Positions 48,371 to 61,500 of a DNA stretch of 64,000 bases are shown here, piece after piece (within the stretch, counting starts at the first letter, position 1; every line of letters starts with the position of its first letter). A model generated the notes under the pieces. The model was not told where the DNA came from. It did no database searches and saw only the letters and a list, made by a program, of their open reading frames with translations. Made by a program: the position numbers and the translations under genes. Location: assembly GCF_001949145.1 (NCBI RefSeq), contig NW_019091361.1, forward strand, positions 2,651,825 through 2,715,824, in the 5' to 3' direction. Origin of the DNA: Acanthaster planci (lineage: Eukaryota).

Positions 48371-51300
48371 AGGTACGGGGACTGTCCTCTCAATCAAAAA
48401 ACTGAAAGAGTCTAAACGTTAGGCACGTATCAATTCAAGGTGCCTCCGAATTACCAAAAGTATCATGTAAATATCTGAAGGACTTTTCCTCAGTTACAAT
48501 TGCCATTTGGGGGGGGGGTATTTGAAGAACATAATTACAGGACTGTTTGTTAGCAGGTTAAATCCACTGGCGAGTACTTTTTCTTGTAATTGAGTATCAG
48601 CGTAAAACGTCTCAATATATTTTTGAAGGATTTAACCATGCACGTGACAGATTAAAATGAGTCGATTTTCAATGTATTTCCAATGGACGCTAGGCACGTC
48701 AACAATCCTGGAACATCAAAAGCCACTGGAGTAAGACATAGGTGTTGAACCACTTTTTTCCGGACTTTGCGCTTTCGAAGGAGTAACATTTTGATATCGG
48801 CGCCTAATAGGTGAAGTGAATTGCGCCTGGAGCCTTCGCAGGACCTTGATGCAGGCGAACGCGTTTTTTGCTACTGGTACTGCATCTCGGACAAACTCCG
48901 TCACGCATGTACTGTAGCATGTTCCGGATATTGATGGAAACGTTATCGAAGCGTTTAACCACCATGGATTGTACAGCTTACATCCAATCACTGTGCTGTA
49001 TATTATGTATACACTCAATCAACTCACCTGCCTAGTTATTGCACCTTGTATGTAGGGTGGTTTGTGCTTGTGTGCAGTTTGCAGTTATTGACAACAGATT
49101 TGTTGGAGTGCGTAGGAGGTGGGTCTAAATCAAAGTTTATATTTCACATTTTCTTGTTGAAAAACATAAACTAGCCTTTTTAAAGCTTTTGGCGGCTCAT
49201 AACTTGCCACACTTGGAGACACTTGCATTGCAGTTCAGATTTCTGTCCAATGAGTAAATTGAAAGCATCCTCAAGGCATTTTTAGTAAGATAGCTGCAGA
49301 TAAGTGTGACGGTAATTGTGTGCGACGATTTAGCCACTTTGTACATGTAAATGCATTTAACTCTTTAATGGAAGTCTTTGTTCGGGTAGATGGAGTTGAT
49401 CGAAAAAACCTTTGAAATTCAATGTAAGTTGTTTCCATTTGGCATACAATTTTTGTTTTTAATACTGTACTGTAGCGTTTGGTTATTGTCAGCAGAAGAT
49501 CTGTTGATAAACCAGTTCATTAATAAATTGTGTTCACTAACAAATGGCACGTGAGGCAAAAAGCTTGAGCGGCCCATTGAAAATGTACAGGGGTACAAAT
49601 CCCGACATCACTTTCTCTCAGCTTCTGCATTCATTTCCACTTTCGTCTTTATTATTGCACTGGTCTATAACACCAAGTCAGAACAGAACTGCATGTCACC
49701 GTTACACTACTCAAACTCTGGATCTTAAAGTAAACGTAACGCTCATAGGAGGTGGCGCCAAGCCTTAAAAATACGTAATAAGCCACAACTTCATGTATAT
49801 AAGAAGAAACGTCTAGGTAAATGTGAATCCTTGTGGTTATAATTTTTTAGCAAGTATACAATGTAAGGCATTAGAATTTCTGATCAAAATTACTACCAGT
49901 GTACACGATTTTGGTCCAGTTCCGTTCATTTGTGCATTTTAATGAACTCACTGAATAAAAAAAATAAAAATAACTAAAAACTTTGGAGTTTCGGGCAGAT
50001 TGATTTTGGTTACTCTTTGTAAAGAGATAACTAGGCCTGTTCATCCCTCAGGCTTTGTGTGACCTCTAGATTCATAGGCCTTTAGTAACCTTCACTCAAG
50101 GAGTAACGCGGTCCTCTAGACATGGCTCACTGCGTATGCTGCCGGTAGTTCAGCCTGCGAGGATACCCTCAAATCTAAATGGGGGGGGGGGGGCGTTCCA
50201 GCAGAATTCCCCTAATGCCACACCTGCCCCCCTGCCATTTCAGTTTTTTCGAAATGAAGAAATCCCAATGCACGTGCAAGCCGCGGTCTATTTGCTTGCG
50301 AAAGGGTTTCCCTTTGAACATGCGGCCGCGTGCCCGATGCCCCTCCAGAAATTTCACCCTCCCGCTACTGGTTGAAATACCATACCAGCTTAGCGAGCGT
50401 AGCTTGTTTTTGTGAAAAAAATTGTTTTTCTAATTACTGTTTGATTTCAAGGTAATAATTTGAGGAGACATTGCCATGCAACAGAGTTTGTTTTCATGTC
50501 CACGGGTAGTCCTTTTATGTAGAGTTTCACAGAGAAAACGATTTAGCAATTGTGGTATTGGTCAGTGTCTTTTCTGGTATACCTGCCGATCCAACTTTCA
50601 CATAGACTAGCCCCGGTCCGGAACATGGCCGAAATACAATGATTGTGTTACGTGATCAAAAACGCGCTGAAATGAGATTTTGTTCCATACTTCAGGGTTA
50701 AAACTTTGAACAGTAAACATTCATGTAACTTTTTTTTTTAAACAGGAAGGAACTTAAAATGAAACGAAAATTCAAACCAAGGATACAATTAACCAATCGT
50801 TTCCCTTACCCAGTACGCAAGTCAGTTTGACCGACCGATTTTTCCCTTCTTGAGTGTCCATGACCTCACATAACGACGCTGAAGCTGTTACGTAATTCAT
50901 TCGGCCCCGTTCCGAACAGGGGCTACCTTATTCACATGAAAACCCCTTTTTGATCTCCGTACCCCGGAGAAAGATTAAGAAATTAAGAAATTACAAACTG
51001 TCGATTAGGATGCCACCAGACTGTTTATGACCTCTGTGCGTTCCACCATATGATGCAAGATATGGGGCGGAGAGAACCCCCCCCCGCCTTCGTGTTGGTC
51101 ATTTTTATATTGTTTGATTGGAATCTCAGGAATTCTTTATAGACTTCTGGGGGGGGGATGGGTTAGGTAGTAATAGTCTATAGTGTGTATAGGGATTGGA
51201 CATGGGGGGGGTACCTATCGGGCACATATCGTGTACGGTATCCGTTCCAAGCCTCCCTCTCAATATTTGTTCTAAATCTGGCTTACTACTCTTACGTACA

Positions 51301-51568
51301 TTTTTTGGTGTTTAGTCATGAATTTGAAATTATTCATCAGAGGAGAAACTTTAGGTACTAATTTGTCAAGAAATTACATTTTATTGCTTTCTTTACTACT
51401 CTATACGTTAAAAAATGATGGGTTAACCTCGCTCTCAATTTCAATGTGGCCAACTCGTGAATAAAGTTCTTTGTTTTTAAAAGCCTCGGTAGGTAGCCGC
51501 AAACTTACAAAATCGCATAAGGGCCACATGCAAATTTTTTTTGAGTTACTTTTTCGCCGCGGCGAAAG

Positions 51569-51723
51569 AGTGCGCCTCCAAGAGTTTGTAACTCGTGGGC
51601 CAATCACAATGCGCGAAATCTGTCGACCCAATGCGCGTTTGGAAAGGGTCGACAAATTTCACGCGTTGTGATTGGCCAACGCGTTTCAAACTCTTGGAGG
51701 CGCACTATTGTGAATCGCCCGTA
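51569..51723. mobile_element. Palindromic MITE, copy 2 (left end truncated)
   Basis: agtgcgcctccaagagtttg...caaactcttggaggcgcactattgtgaatcgcccgta. Confidence 0.8.
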
Positions 51724-54700
51724 TTAATTCGTAGATTCCCTATCTCTCCAAGATGAGACATGATTGTTGACAGTTTGAACACAACTTCAAGCTCCGCATA
51801 CTTCTTTTTGGCACTTGGAAAAGGTAGGAGGGAATTAAAAAGTAGTTTATCCCCACTTCCAAAGTTTTTTCACGCCCCCAAAATGAGATTTTCTTTGTTT
51901 GGAAACCTAGCTTTGTTGAAAAGATAGTTCTCCTTTTGTTCAAAGGAGTTCTAAAACCCAATCTCACTGCATCCCCCCAAAAAGCATCCGAGACATGACG
52001 TTAACAGGCTGAATATATGAGACTGGCTAGACATTCGCCGCGGCGGCATATCAATTTGCGGCACGGCACGAGTGCATAACTTGCCGCAGCGAAATAGACA
52101 TTCAACGAATAGCCTATTACACCTCCCCCGGTGAGACAATAACTCCGCGGCTAGATAATAACTCACATTTTTTATTGCATATGGTTCTATACCCTTCCGT
52201 AAGATCTACCTACTACGCTTGTGTGAAATTTCAAAGATTTCGATTTCATTAAAGCGCAATTTTCCTTGCTCCGTTGGCGATATCTTACACTTGATGCACG
52301 CACTAGTTGAGGCTGAATCAGGAAGTCAATTCAGCGTTCATCATGCGATGCGTCCTTCTACTACACTGAAATGTAAAGGACCGATTCACGATGTCACGTA
52401 TTCGTTTGTCCTCCCCCCCGCCCTTGAATGCACGACGTAATTTTTGTTGAGCAGGGATGGTTTGTTTACACATTAACGCGGGGCAAAATTTCTGCTTGCG
52501 CATGACTCCGATGCATTGAGTGTAGGCCTACATTCATTGATTACAGCAGTGTCGAACAGTCAGCGATCTCTGATTCGACACCTGAAAATCAGATTATTGA
52601 GTTTCAATTATGCATATAGTAATATCGATAAAATCGTTTCTTTTACCTAGTCCACAAGTCGTAATCACGATCGTTACATAATTCGGTACGTGTGCACCGC
52701 ATTCCCCTGCGATGGAAAGTTAACGTTTTATATTTTGGGGGCGCACTCTTGTTCTTCGTGATAAAGGACGACTTGGAATGAAAACTTTCCTCCACGAAAG
52801 CATAAAAACATGCTTTAAGAATGAAAACTGGTCCAATGACCTGTACACTCATTCAGGGGAAATAGATCTGAGCCTCAGGCCTGAAGTGCGCTGGCAGTGT
52901 CCCAACGGCATGCCGAAGGCCGGCCGCACCGGCAGTAGTTGTGCATATATCGTTGAATACCATTTTGGTAGTTTCCCTTTTTCAAACTGCACGTAGGCCT
53001 GACTGAAGAAAAGATGTTATGCGTTAATTAAGCTAGCAATTTCAACTTGATTTGAAATATATTGAGAGAGACACCAAGGAACCCATCACTGCATTGAGAA
53101 TATAACCTGAAGAGCAATGGCGAAATTACATAGTGTCGATTCGAGCGCAGACTCAGCACACCTTTGCCAGCAGGAGACAATTTTTTGTTTTTCTTTTCGT
53201 GTTTTTAGTTGTTTTTGTGCTCTGCCCGCGACGGCCATTAATATTAATCATGGACACCACATTAGACTTTATTTATTGCTCCTAATTTACAGTTTGCTCA
53301 GCCCTTTTGGGCCATAATCGTAAAGTTTACAGATTTGTGGACTCCCTTGTATCGATTTTTACGGAAACAAAACAATTTATTCCATATTTTACACTGTATT
53401 TATGTCTGGGGGAAACAAAATGGGGATTTTTCTTTCAAGAAAGGCGGGAGTTGGTGCTTTCACTTAAAATAAGAAGGAAAGCTGAGATATCGTCTAGTTC
53501 AACGTGTCCCTCCGCTAGATATAGAGCCTACTATTGTACCATAACTCACGCCGATACTCTCACCAGTACTTAAGAAAAACTGAGGAACAGTTTATTATGA
53601 CTTGTTTACTAATATAATGTATCTAATATTAACAATCCAAGAAGTTTTAAAGGCAGCCGCTGCTCAGAATTAGGTCAGATAAATCTTCGAAGTAACTAAG
53701 ACATAACGAACTGTACTTATTCTCCTGTTATTTTATCCATATTGTTTACATTGTATTAAACACAAGATACCACCACTCCGTGATCTCGTTTCTGATATGG
53801 TGGTGTGCTTGTTGGTATAGTTCTAATGACACGCGTATCCAGTGCGGTTCTACAGTCATTTTTTTTGGGGGGGGGAGCTAGATCCTTCGCACGTGACGTC
53901 ACCTTTTAACTTTCGCTACTGCTCTTTCACTTTATTAGTCCAAAGAATAATTATGGATTACTCATTTAATTGGAAAATGACATACAGAATGGCCAGAATT
54001 TCCAGCTTTTTTATGGGGGGGGACTATACTAAGACTAAGTTGCAGGGGATGGGTGGGTTAAATCTCCCTGTACAACTGCGCTTGCGCGTATGCCTCTTGT
54101 ACACTTTGGCATTTGCTCGTGTTCAGACCTCATGCAACTGCCAGTGGTGTTAATGGGGGGGGGCATCCCCAGCGGATGCCTGTACCCCGGGTGCTCCCCC
54201 ATTTAAAATCTTCTAATAATCTTCGTTGAGTTTCTATATATAGCTTTGCATCTGCAGCTTATTTTTTGTGGTACCCCCTTGAAAAAAAATCAGCCTTAGT
54301 TACGCGACTGCTTTGTAGAAGTCCAAATCACCATCACTTTATTTTAAAAAGAAAAAAAAAGCAATTTCTCTCTCATTATAAACAACTTACCGTTACCTCC
54401 ATGCATCCAATTGACTGCAATGAGGGAGCCCCACGTTCATCAAGCACGGCCTTCAAGTTGAATGGAGAATACTTAGGCTTCTGGGAACAATGTATTGTTG
54501 CGTTGTCGATCGATTGCTTCATCAGCGTTTGTGTTATGTGGACTGCGTGCTACACCTACAAAAATGGGCGATATCGGAAAATCTGCGAGAAAGCCTGCTA
54601 GAAAGGGGTGGGGTTCGTTTTTGTCACTAAGCGAACCTTTCACGTCTACCAAACAGACGATTCGACTGGACATGATCGAGAAATTTGGCAACTTATGAAT

Positions 54701-56498
54701 ATTACCATTCGAGCGATTGACAAGACACCAAAACCTGGTTTTGTTTATGTAATTGTGCGATTGGAAAATTGAGAAACTTGGCAATTTATAAACATTACAA
54801 TTTGCGCGATTTACATGACAACAAATCACGGCTTTGTTTTTTTATAATTATGCAGTTGATCTCACTTATCCTTCATTTTTTGCGGGTGGGGTTGAAGAAA
54901 ACCTTTTGACACATCTGTGATATGAATTTCATCACCTCTCCATTTCTAAAAAAAATGCTTTAAAATCAAGAAGATATTTTATTTTCCAATACTAATGTGG
55001 TGATCTTTGTTCAGTTTGTTGCTCAACAGAATTTTGGACAAAAATTCAACTTTTGCATTTTAAGGAATATTTTGTTTCTCCCTCGGTCCGTAGAGAAACA
55101 GTGCAACAGAACGACAAAGTATATGACATATAGGCGTATATAGATTCTGCGGATACTTATGGAGAACATTCGTCTATCCCAGATTATGACCATTTAGTGC
55201 GTTCCGATATTTTATTACATTTTCCATGACCCACACCAAGTTCTTAGACACAAAAATCGGCGAGATTTATACCCTCCTTGAAAAACACAGCTTACAAAAC
55301 TAGTGGTGTTGTCAAGAAGTACACAAAGTCATATAAATGTCGACATTCACTTAAAGAAGTGTTCATCACTAGCACATACGTAACTTTCATTTTATTTTTT
55401 TCATTTGAATGCCACATGAAGGAAAACAAACGCAAGAAATGTCAGAGCAAGTATTTTTACTCCTGTTGATTTGAGGCAATTTTCTTCCTGCCAGAAATGA
55501 GACTGTCTGGAATAAAAACCTGTTTAAAGAATACAACATGACTCGTAAAACTCAGGTATTATAAAGATTAATTAAACACCGAACAGTATTGCTGATTTAT
55601 AGCGCAGGGTGCTTTTGTTTGTTTCCTTTCCACTTTTTTAAAATCAACCGTAAACTATTACAATTCTTGGTTTCGAAACAACTGAATTCGGTTCCAGAAT
55701 TCCCTTTTCTCTCGTTAACTTTGAGGCCACTTGCTATTTTTTGTGGACTGGTAGTGTACATGGATGGTCTGGAAAAGTAATATGAGATATGAAAACAAAA
55801 TTCAGAACGGCAGACAAGCGATGTCTACAAACTTTCTTCTCCAATTCAGCCAAACACCTTTTGTACAAGATCTTGGCAATGTTGAACCCCTAAGGTTCAA
55901 GATTTTGTGGTTTGAAAACGTCATGTAAAACATGTCATTTTCAAAAATACATTAAAAGAGAGTATATCATTTTTCCACCATAAAATAAAATAAATCCTTA
56001 ACAAAATAAGTCACAGTATTAACAAGGTTACGTTTTTTGAGCACAAATTTCACACACACTTTAAAGAAAAACCCCTTAATCGAAAAGAAGGAAATTTATT
56101 TACGGGAAATTAAAGACAAAACCAACAACATGAAAATTTATGTTAAGGTTAGAGTCTTAGTAACCTTGACTCAAAAACTTGAAGTAAATATCTTGCATAG
56201 AACCATCTCTCTTTCGCAGACGCATGTCATTATATTTTACACCTCAGGTTAGCTTTATCTAAACACCATACTATTCACATTTTAGTTCCTTTTTCAGTTG
56301 AAATAATCCAAAGGGTTACAATGGTTTTTCAAAAAGCTATATGCACTAAGAAAAGAGTACAATTTTTAACACAAGAAAAGTAAATGGCTGCATCCAAAGA
56401 TGTGAACTATCCACTGAAGGATCTATATCCGGGTTTGTTTTGCAATTAGTACAGAGAGCTGCTCAGTAGTTAACCTGGTAAGTACACACACACAATAC

Positions 56499-56649
56499 CA
56501 GGGGTGTGAGTGACCTCTTAAAATTAAAGCTGAAATGTAAAAAGTTCCCATATTTTGTACCGACCGGTTGTACCAAAAAGCTGCAATGCAGGGCCAACAT
56601 CTAATCAAAAATAGCTGAAATCAGCTAAAAAGGTGAATTCACACCCCTG
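56499..56649. mobile_element. MITE, same family as 20790-20965, opposite orientation
   Basis: CAGGGGTGTGA...TCACACCCCTG with the shared internal agctgaaatcagctaaaaa. Confidence 0.6.
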
Positions 56650-58587
56650 ACATAGCCACACTTACCTTACATACCTACTGTAGACATTCCTTTCTTTTTG
56701 TGCAGTTAAGAAAACTCGGTGAAAATACTAATTTTTCTTGAACTGGGAACACGATTTTCAGCTGATTTTTGTACAAGGTTTCCTTGACTATTCCTCTTCC
56801 TTTTATGACAGATGACCCCTACCTCAAAATGCCTCTAAACCTCTTTTCCAGAGAAGGGGAAACGTCCTGTGGACGTGTGTAAGACCACAAAATGTCTTCC
56901 TTTCCTGCATAGTGAGGACACCTTTCGTTCACAAGTCCACACTAGGTATGTAAGGATAGGGCACAGGTACGGGCACACTGAACAGCTGTGCACATGTCCA
57001 AAAACTGAGGCACACAAACAAACCAGAGATTCCCTGATCATATTCCGTAGTTTTCGGTCCCAATCTTATGATGCAAAGTCGACATACATGTACACTATTT
57101 GGGGGAAAACAGCCTCTCAAGCTCCTAACAATTCAGTACATTTACCAACCTGTACTTGGACACAAGCAATTATGCACATGATCTTGGCCTTACACCTGTG
57201 GTCATAACGTCGACAGAACAATAGGTTAGCGGAGTCTACTCCACCTCGTGGAACCAGCCCCAAGGGCACAGCTGCACTGCTGATTAAGAATAACCTTTCT
57301 TGGTACTCGAGCTTGGAGGGAACTGATAATGTAAGTATAATTGTGTCTAATGGCAATGAGGCTGAAGGCACAGAGAAATATGAGTGACAGAGAAATGCGA
57401 GTAGCCATGGGACTGATTACAAATGATCTTACCATGGACAAACCAAGTTCATGCTCTCTTTCTTCCAATGATAAAGATCTAAGAGATAAGTACCTGCAGT
57501 CTGCAGTACCATGTAAATCTCTTATAAGTGAGACAGAGCTTGCTGTCTGAAATATTGAATCCATCGGTTCTTTTGCAAACCTCACTCACAAAAGCCATTT
57601 ATGTAATACACGTACAACCGAAAAGCTTTGTCCTACTTTTAATGCTGCCTCCAACCCTTCCTGTTATACAAGATCTGAATGACTGTACGTCAAAGAGGGC
57701 ACTTGTGTGAAAACAAATTGATATGGGATCATATAATGCTCCCCAAATGAACTTGTTTGAAAGAATTCCGTCTATCCATTTTGAAAGTAACCAACTTTGA
57801 AGAAAAACATTCCACAAATAATGTTTCCCTCATTAAAATTTTCATATTAATGAGTGTATTTCAGTGAAACTAACACAAATGCTGAAAATGATGACTTATT
57901 TTTTCCTTTTAAGGCCTGCTTAAAACAATTCATGCATTACAAAGACCCAACTAACATGGCAAGGACTATTTTATGAAATGATCTGGAACACTGCGCAGTC
58001 AACATTTACAAGAACTTAAAAGACCAAGAAGCTTTTGGGAGGAAAGAATTATTACAGTTCTTGGTCTGAAAGAAAAATTAAAGACAAAGTTTTTTACATC
58101 TCACCGACAGATTCTGTATCTTGATTGGCTGAGGGCAGGTCACATGGCATTTGCTATTTTTGCTATCTTGCTGTGCTTGGTCACATGAACTATACCCATA
58201 GCAACCGCAGTTATAGAACAGGTATTTCAACAAATGCCTATCAGTGTGGGCACTGTGTGTATTCCAAAGTGCCAGTATTAAAGAGATGGGTTCAAAAATT
58301 CCTTGAAGAGTTAGTTTGGATAATTGCAAAAAGTCAAGTTTGAACAAATTTCACATTTGAACAGGATTGAATTTTAATGGCATACACATTAAACAAATCA
58401 GTTGTTGCTGAAATCAAGGAGAATCTGTGAGAGACATGTTACAAACAAAAACGGTGGCTGCTGTATCTCAGAGATCCATTTTGGGGCATCCCTCCCCGCT
58501 TTGCCTCAGTAACAAAATAGAACGGTCTATGGATTGAATCCAGAGGGCAGTTTTACTTCAGCACTCGAAGCAGTCAATCTTTGCATA

Positions 58588-61500
58588 CTATACTCTATGC
58601 ATGTACTGCGTGTGTAGCATTGCTGTTGCCGATATTGCATCACCAAGACCAACTGTCTTTCCGGGTTTTTTACAGACAAGAACTGGGCTGAAATGAAACG
58701 CGACCGGACCTCGAGTCCAACTTGTGAGAGGTTCAATGGGGTCAAAGATAATGACGGTCTTCCGCAACGGAGCATAGTCCACCGACAATGGGAATGCTTT
58801 GGGGATGCGTAAAGCTACTTTAGATGGGTCGATGGGAACCTGTCCACAAGCTTGCCTGCCAGCTATGCGGGCCCCGATGCCCACGGCTGATAAGCTGTTC
58901 CCCCACTGACCAGGTAGAGTGGCCACCATGTGAAATGCCAGGGAGTGAAAATGAATTCTGGTCAGCAGAGAGTCTTGACCTTTGACCAGTGAGGTCAGGA
59001 TCCAGAAGAGGATGTCCGCCACTGCTCCTATTTCTGCGTAGCCGGACTCCTCAATGGCAAGGTTGGGGTGGGGCCCACTGTTGGCACGGGTTACCAGACC
59101 CAGTTCTTGCTCGTTCAGCCCCAGGGAGTGGACTGCGGGTAAAACCTATGATGGAATGTCAAGGGAAGAACAAATGTGTCCAAATTAATAGGCTATGGCT
59201 AGAAATGACACACACACACACCTATGGAAGCCACTAAACAATAGCTGCGGCTATTTTCCAAGTGACTGTTAATACAAGCCGCTGCTAAGAAATTTGGACA
59301 TGGCCCAAGTTTTTAAATATCTATAAAGGCATGACATCAGGGGTGGATCCTCAGGGATTTAAAAGAGATGGAAATCAGGCTTTTCCTTTTCAAAGTCCCT
59401 GTCATGGTCATGCCTGTAGGCGCCTGCACAATTCACATTTAAAATGGAAGAAACTGGTTTTGCAAGAATATGAAAACAAATCTGAATTTTCTTTTGCTCT
59501 TCCTTTTACAATAGTGAGCACTTATGATTTTTTTAACCTTGTTCCTGGTTTGTGTGTTTGCATCTGTGTTTTGATGTCTGGGGTTTTAGCACTGTCGCCA
59601 GCTTCAGGCCTTAAGGGGGGGCCACAGTATTAGCTAGGTGGGACACATCACAGGAACAAAGTATCTTCTTCATGCTTCTCCATTTTACTGATGGGGGGCC
59701 AGGTTCCTGCCGGGGGGCAGCCCTCTTGGCCCCCCGGCAACGGGCCCGTGGGGTTTGAGTGTCAAGCACCCCTTCTTTTGACGGCACTGTCCTTTTTTCC
59801 TAAATTTAAACACCTTTTCACTATTTATCAGTGCACTTGAGACCTTAAAGACCCTCACAATATTGTCACAGGACCAACACGAGACCTCCAGTAAGCATTC
59901 AAGTCATGAGATATTCATATGAACTGAAACAGAAGCAGTCTCTTGTCAGTGTTCACCCTGTTGAAGGTGGTCTTGTGACAATCTCTGTGAATGATCCCAT
60001 GAGGGTCTCCACTCCAAACTGCTGTTTAGAATTACAAGACGAATTACACGACTATAAATTCACAGAAGACAAATGCTTGATTACGAGTCCAACACGTGTC
60101 ACTCAATCTCCTCACCTGAGTTGCAATGAGTTGCACCAGTCTCTCATTGGCTATGCTAGCTAGCTCCAGGTGTAGGGGTATAACGTGAGGAAGCTTGCTC
60201 AACTCCTCAACCAGGAGGGACAGTTTCTCCTGCTGCTTGGACAGGCTGTCAGAGTCCAGTAGATGGAGACCTGAGAACATCACCACGTCTGGGCCAAAGT
60301 CTGCATGAAGGAGAAAGAAAACTAACAATCTTTGGAAAAAATTTCAGTTGTCAATTGCGCTGTACTTCCTGGAGTCCCGATGCATCGATAAATATTTTAT
60401 ACATGAAATTTAGGTGAAAGAAAACGAAGGTTGCGTCTTTGAGCAAAAAAAAGGAGATACTTAGTAGAGCACATACAAAACAAACCCAAAAAATATGAGC
60501 AAGAAAAGAAATTGGTGCAGATAAATGCTGTCAGTGTTCAGGACGTAGAACTTTTGAAAAACCTACTTCTAGTTTCCTTTTTTCCCCCGAAAAACCTGCT
60601 GTCAGATACTGGTTGTTTGGAAAAGACTCTCACTAATTAAAAAAAATGAGAATTCCAAAGACAGAGTTTCTGAAAATTTTGGAAACAGGCCATGCCTTTG
60701 ATGCTGGTCACAAAAACGTCCAATCCATCCATCTCAGCGTTAGCCACGTCATGGGACGTGATGAAGCGGGTGGCAATGGGCGAGGTCCACTGCCCCCACT
60801 TCTCCCCCTCGGCATACTCCATGATCAGGTGCACTTCGTCCTCGTCTCGCAGGCTGGTGTCGGGGATCTGGACTCGGCTGGGCATTAGAGAATGTACCTT
60901 GGGCCCAACTGGTCCAACCATCAGAATCTGCGGGGTGTTGACAGGGGGTTGGGTGAGGTAGGTAGTGTTTAAAACATCCAATCAAGGGGTCGGGAAGCTT
61001 GAATACGGCAGCTGGGCATACGGTGTGAGCTTGCAAATCACATTATCCCAGCTTGCCTCTCTTTACCCAGGGCTCAGTGATATATATGGGTTCTACTGGC
61101 ACAAGCTAGGGAGTAACCTGTGATGAACTGGCAACCAAATAAAATATTCTTAGTTGTCTAAACAAAGCCAAAAATAAAAACCAGTGTTTTTGGCCACAAT
61201 ACGGGCGATTCACAATAGTGCGCCACCAAGAGTTTGCAACAAGTTGGCCAAATATAACGCGCAAAATTTGTTGACCCTTTCCAAACATGCATTGGGTCGA
61301 CAAATGACGCGTATTGTGATTAGCCAATGCGTTGCAAACTCTTGGTGGTGCACTATTGTGAAACGGCTGTATTGCTAGAGACAACATTGACGTTTCAGGG
61401 TGTTGCAATACAATGGCTAGGATGGTGCTGCCGTATATTTTCCCTCATCATGCATATCTGGTTCCAGCTTTTAAGCCCAACTGGTGCACCCTCTGATGAA

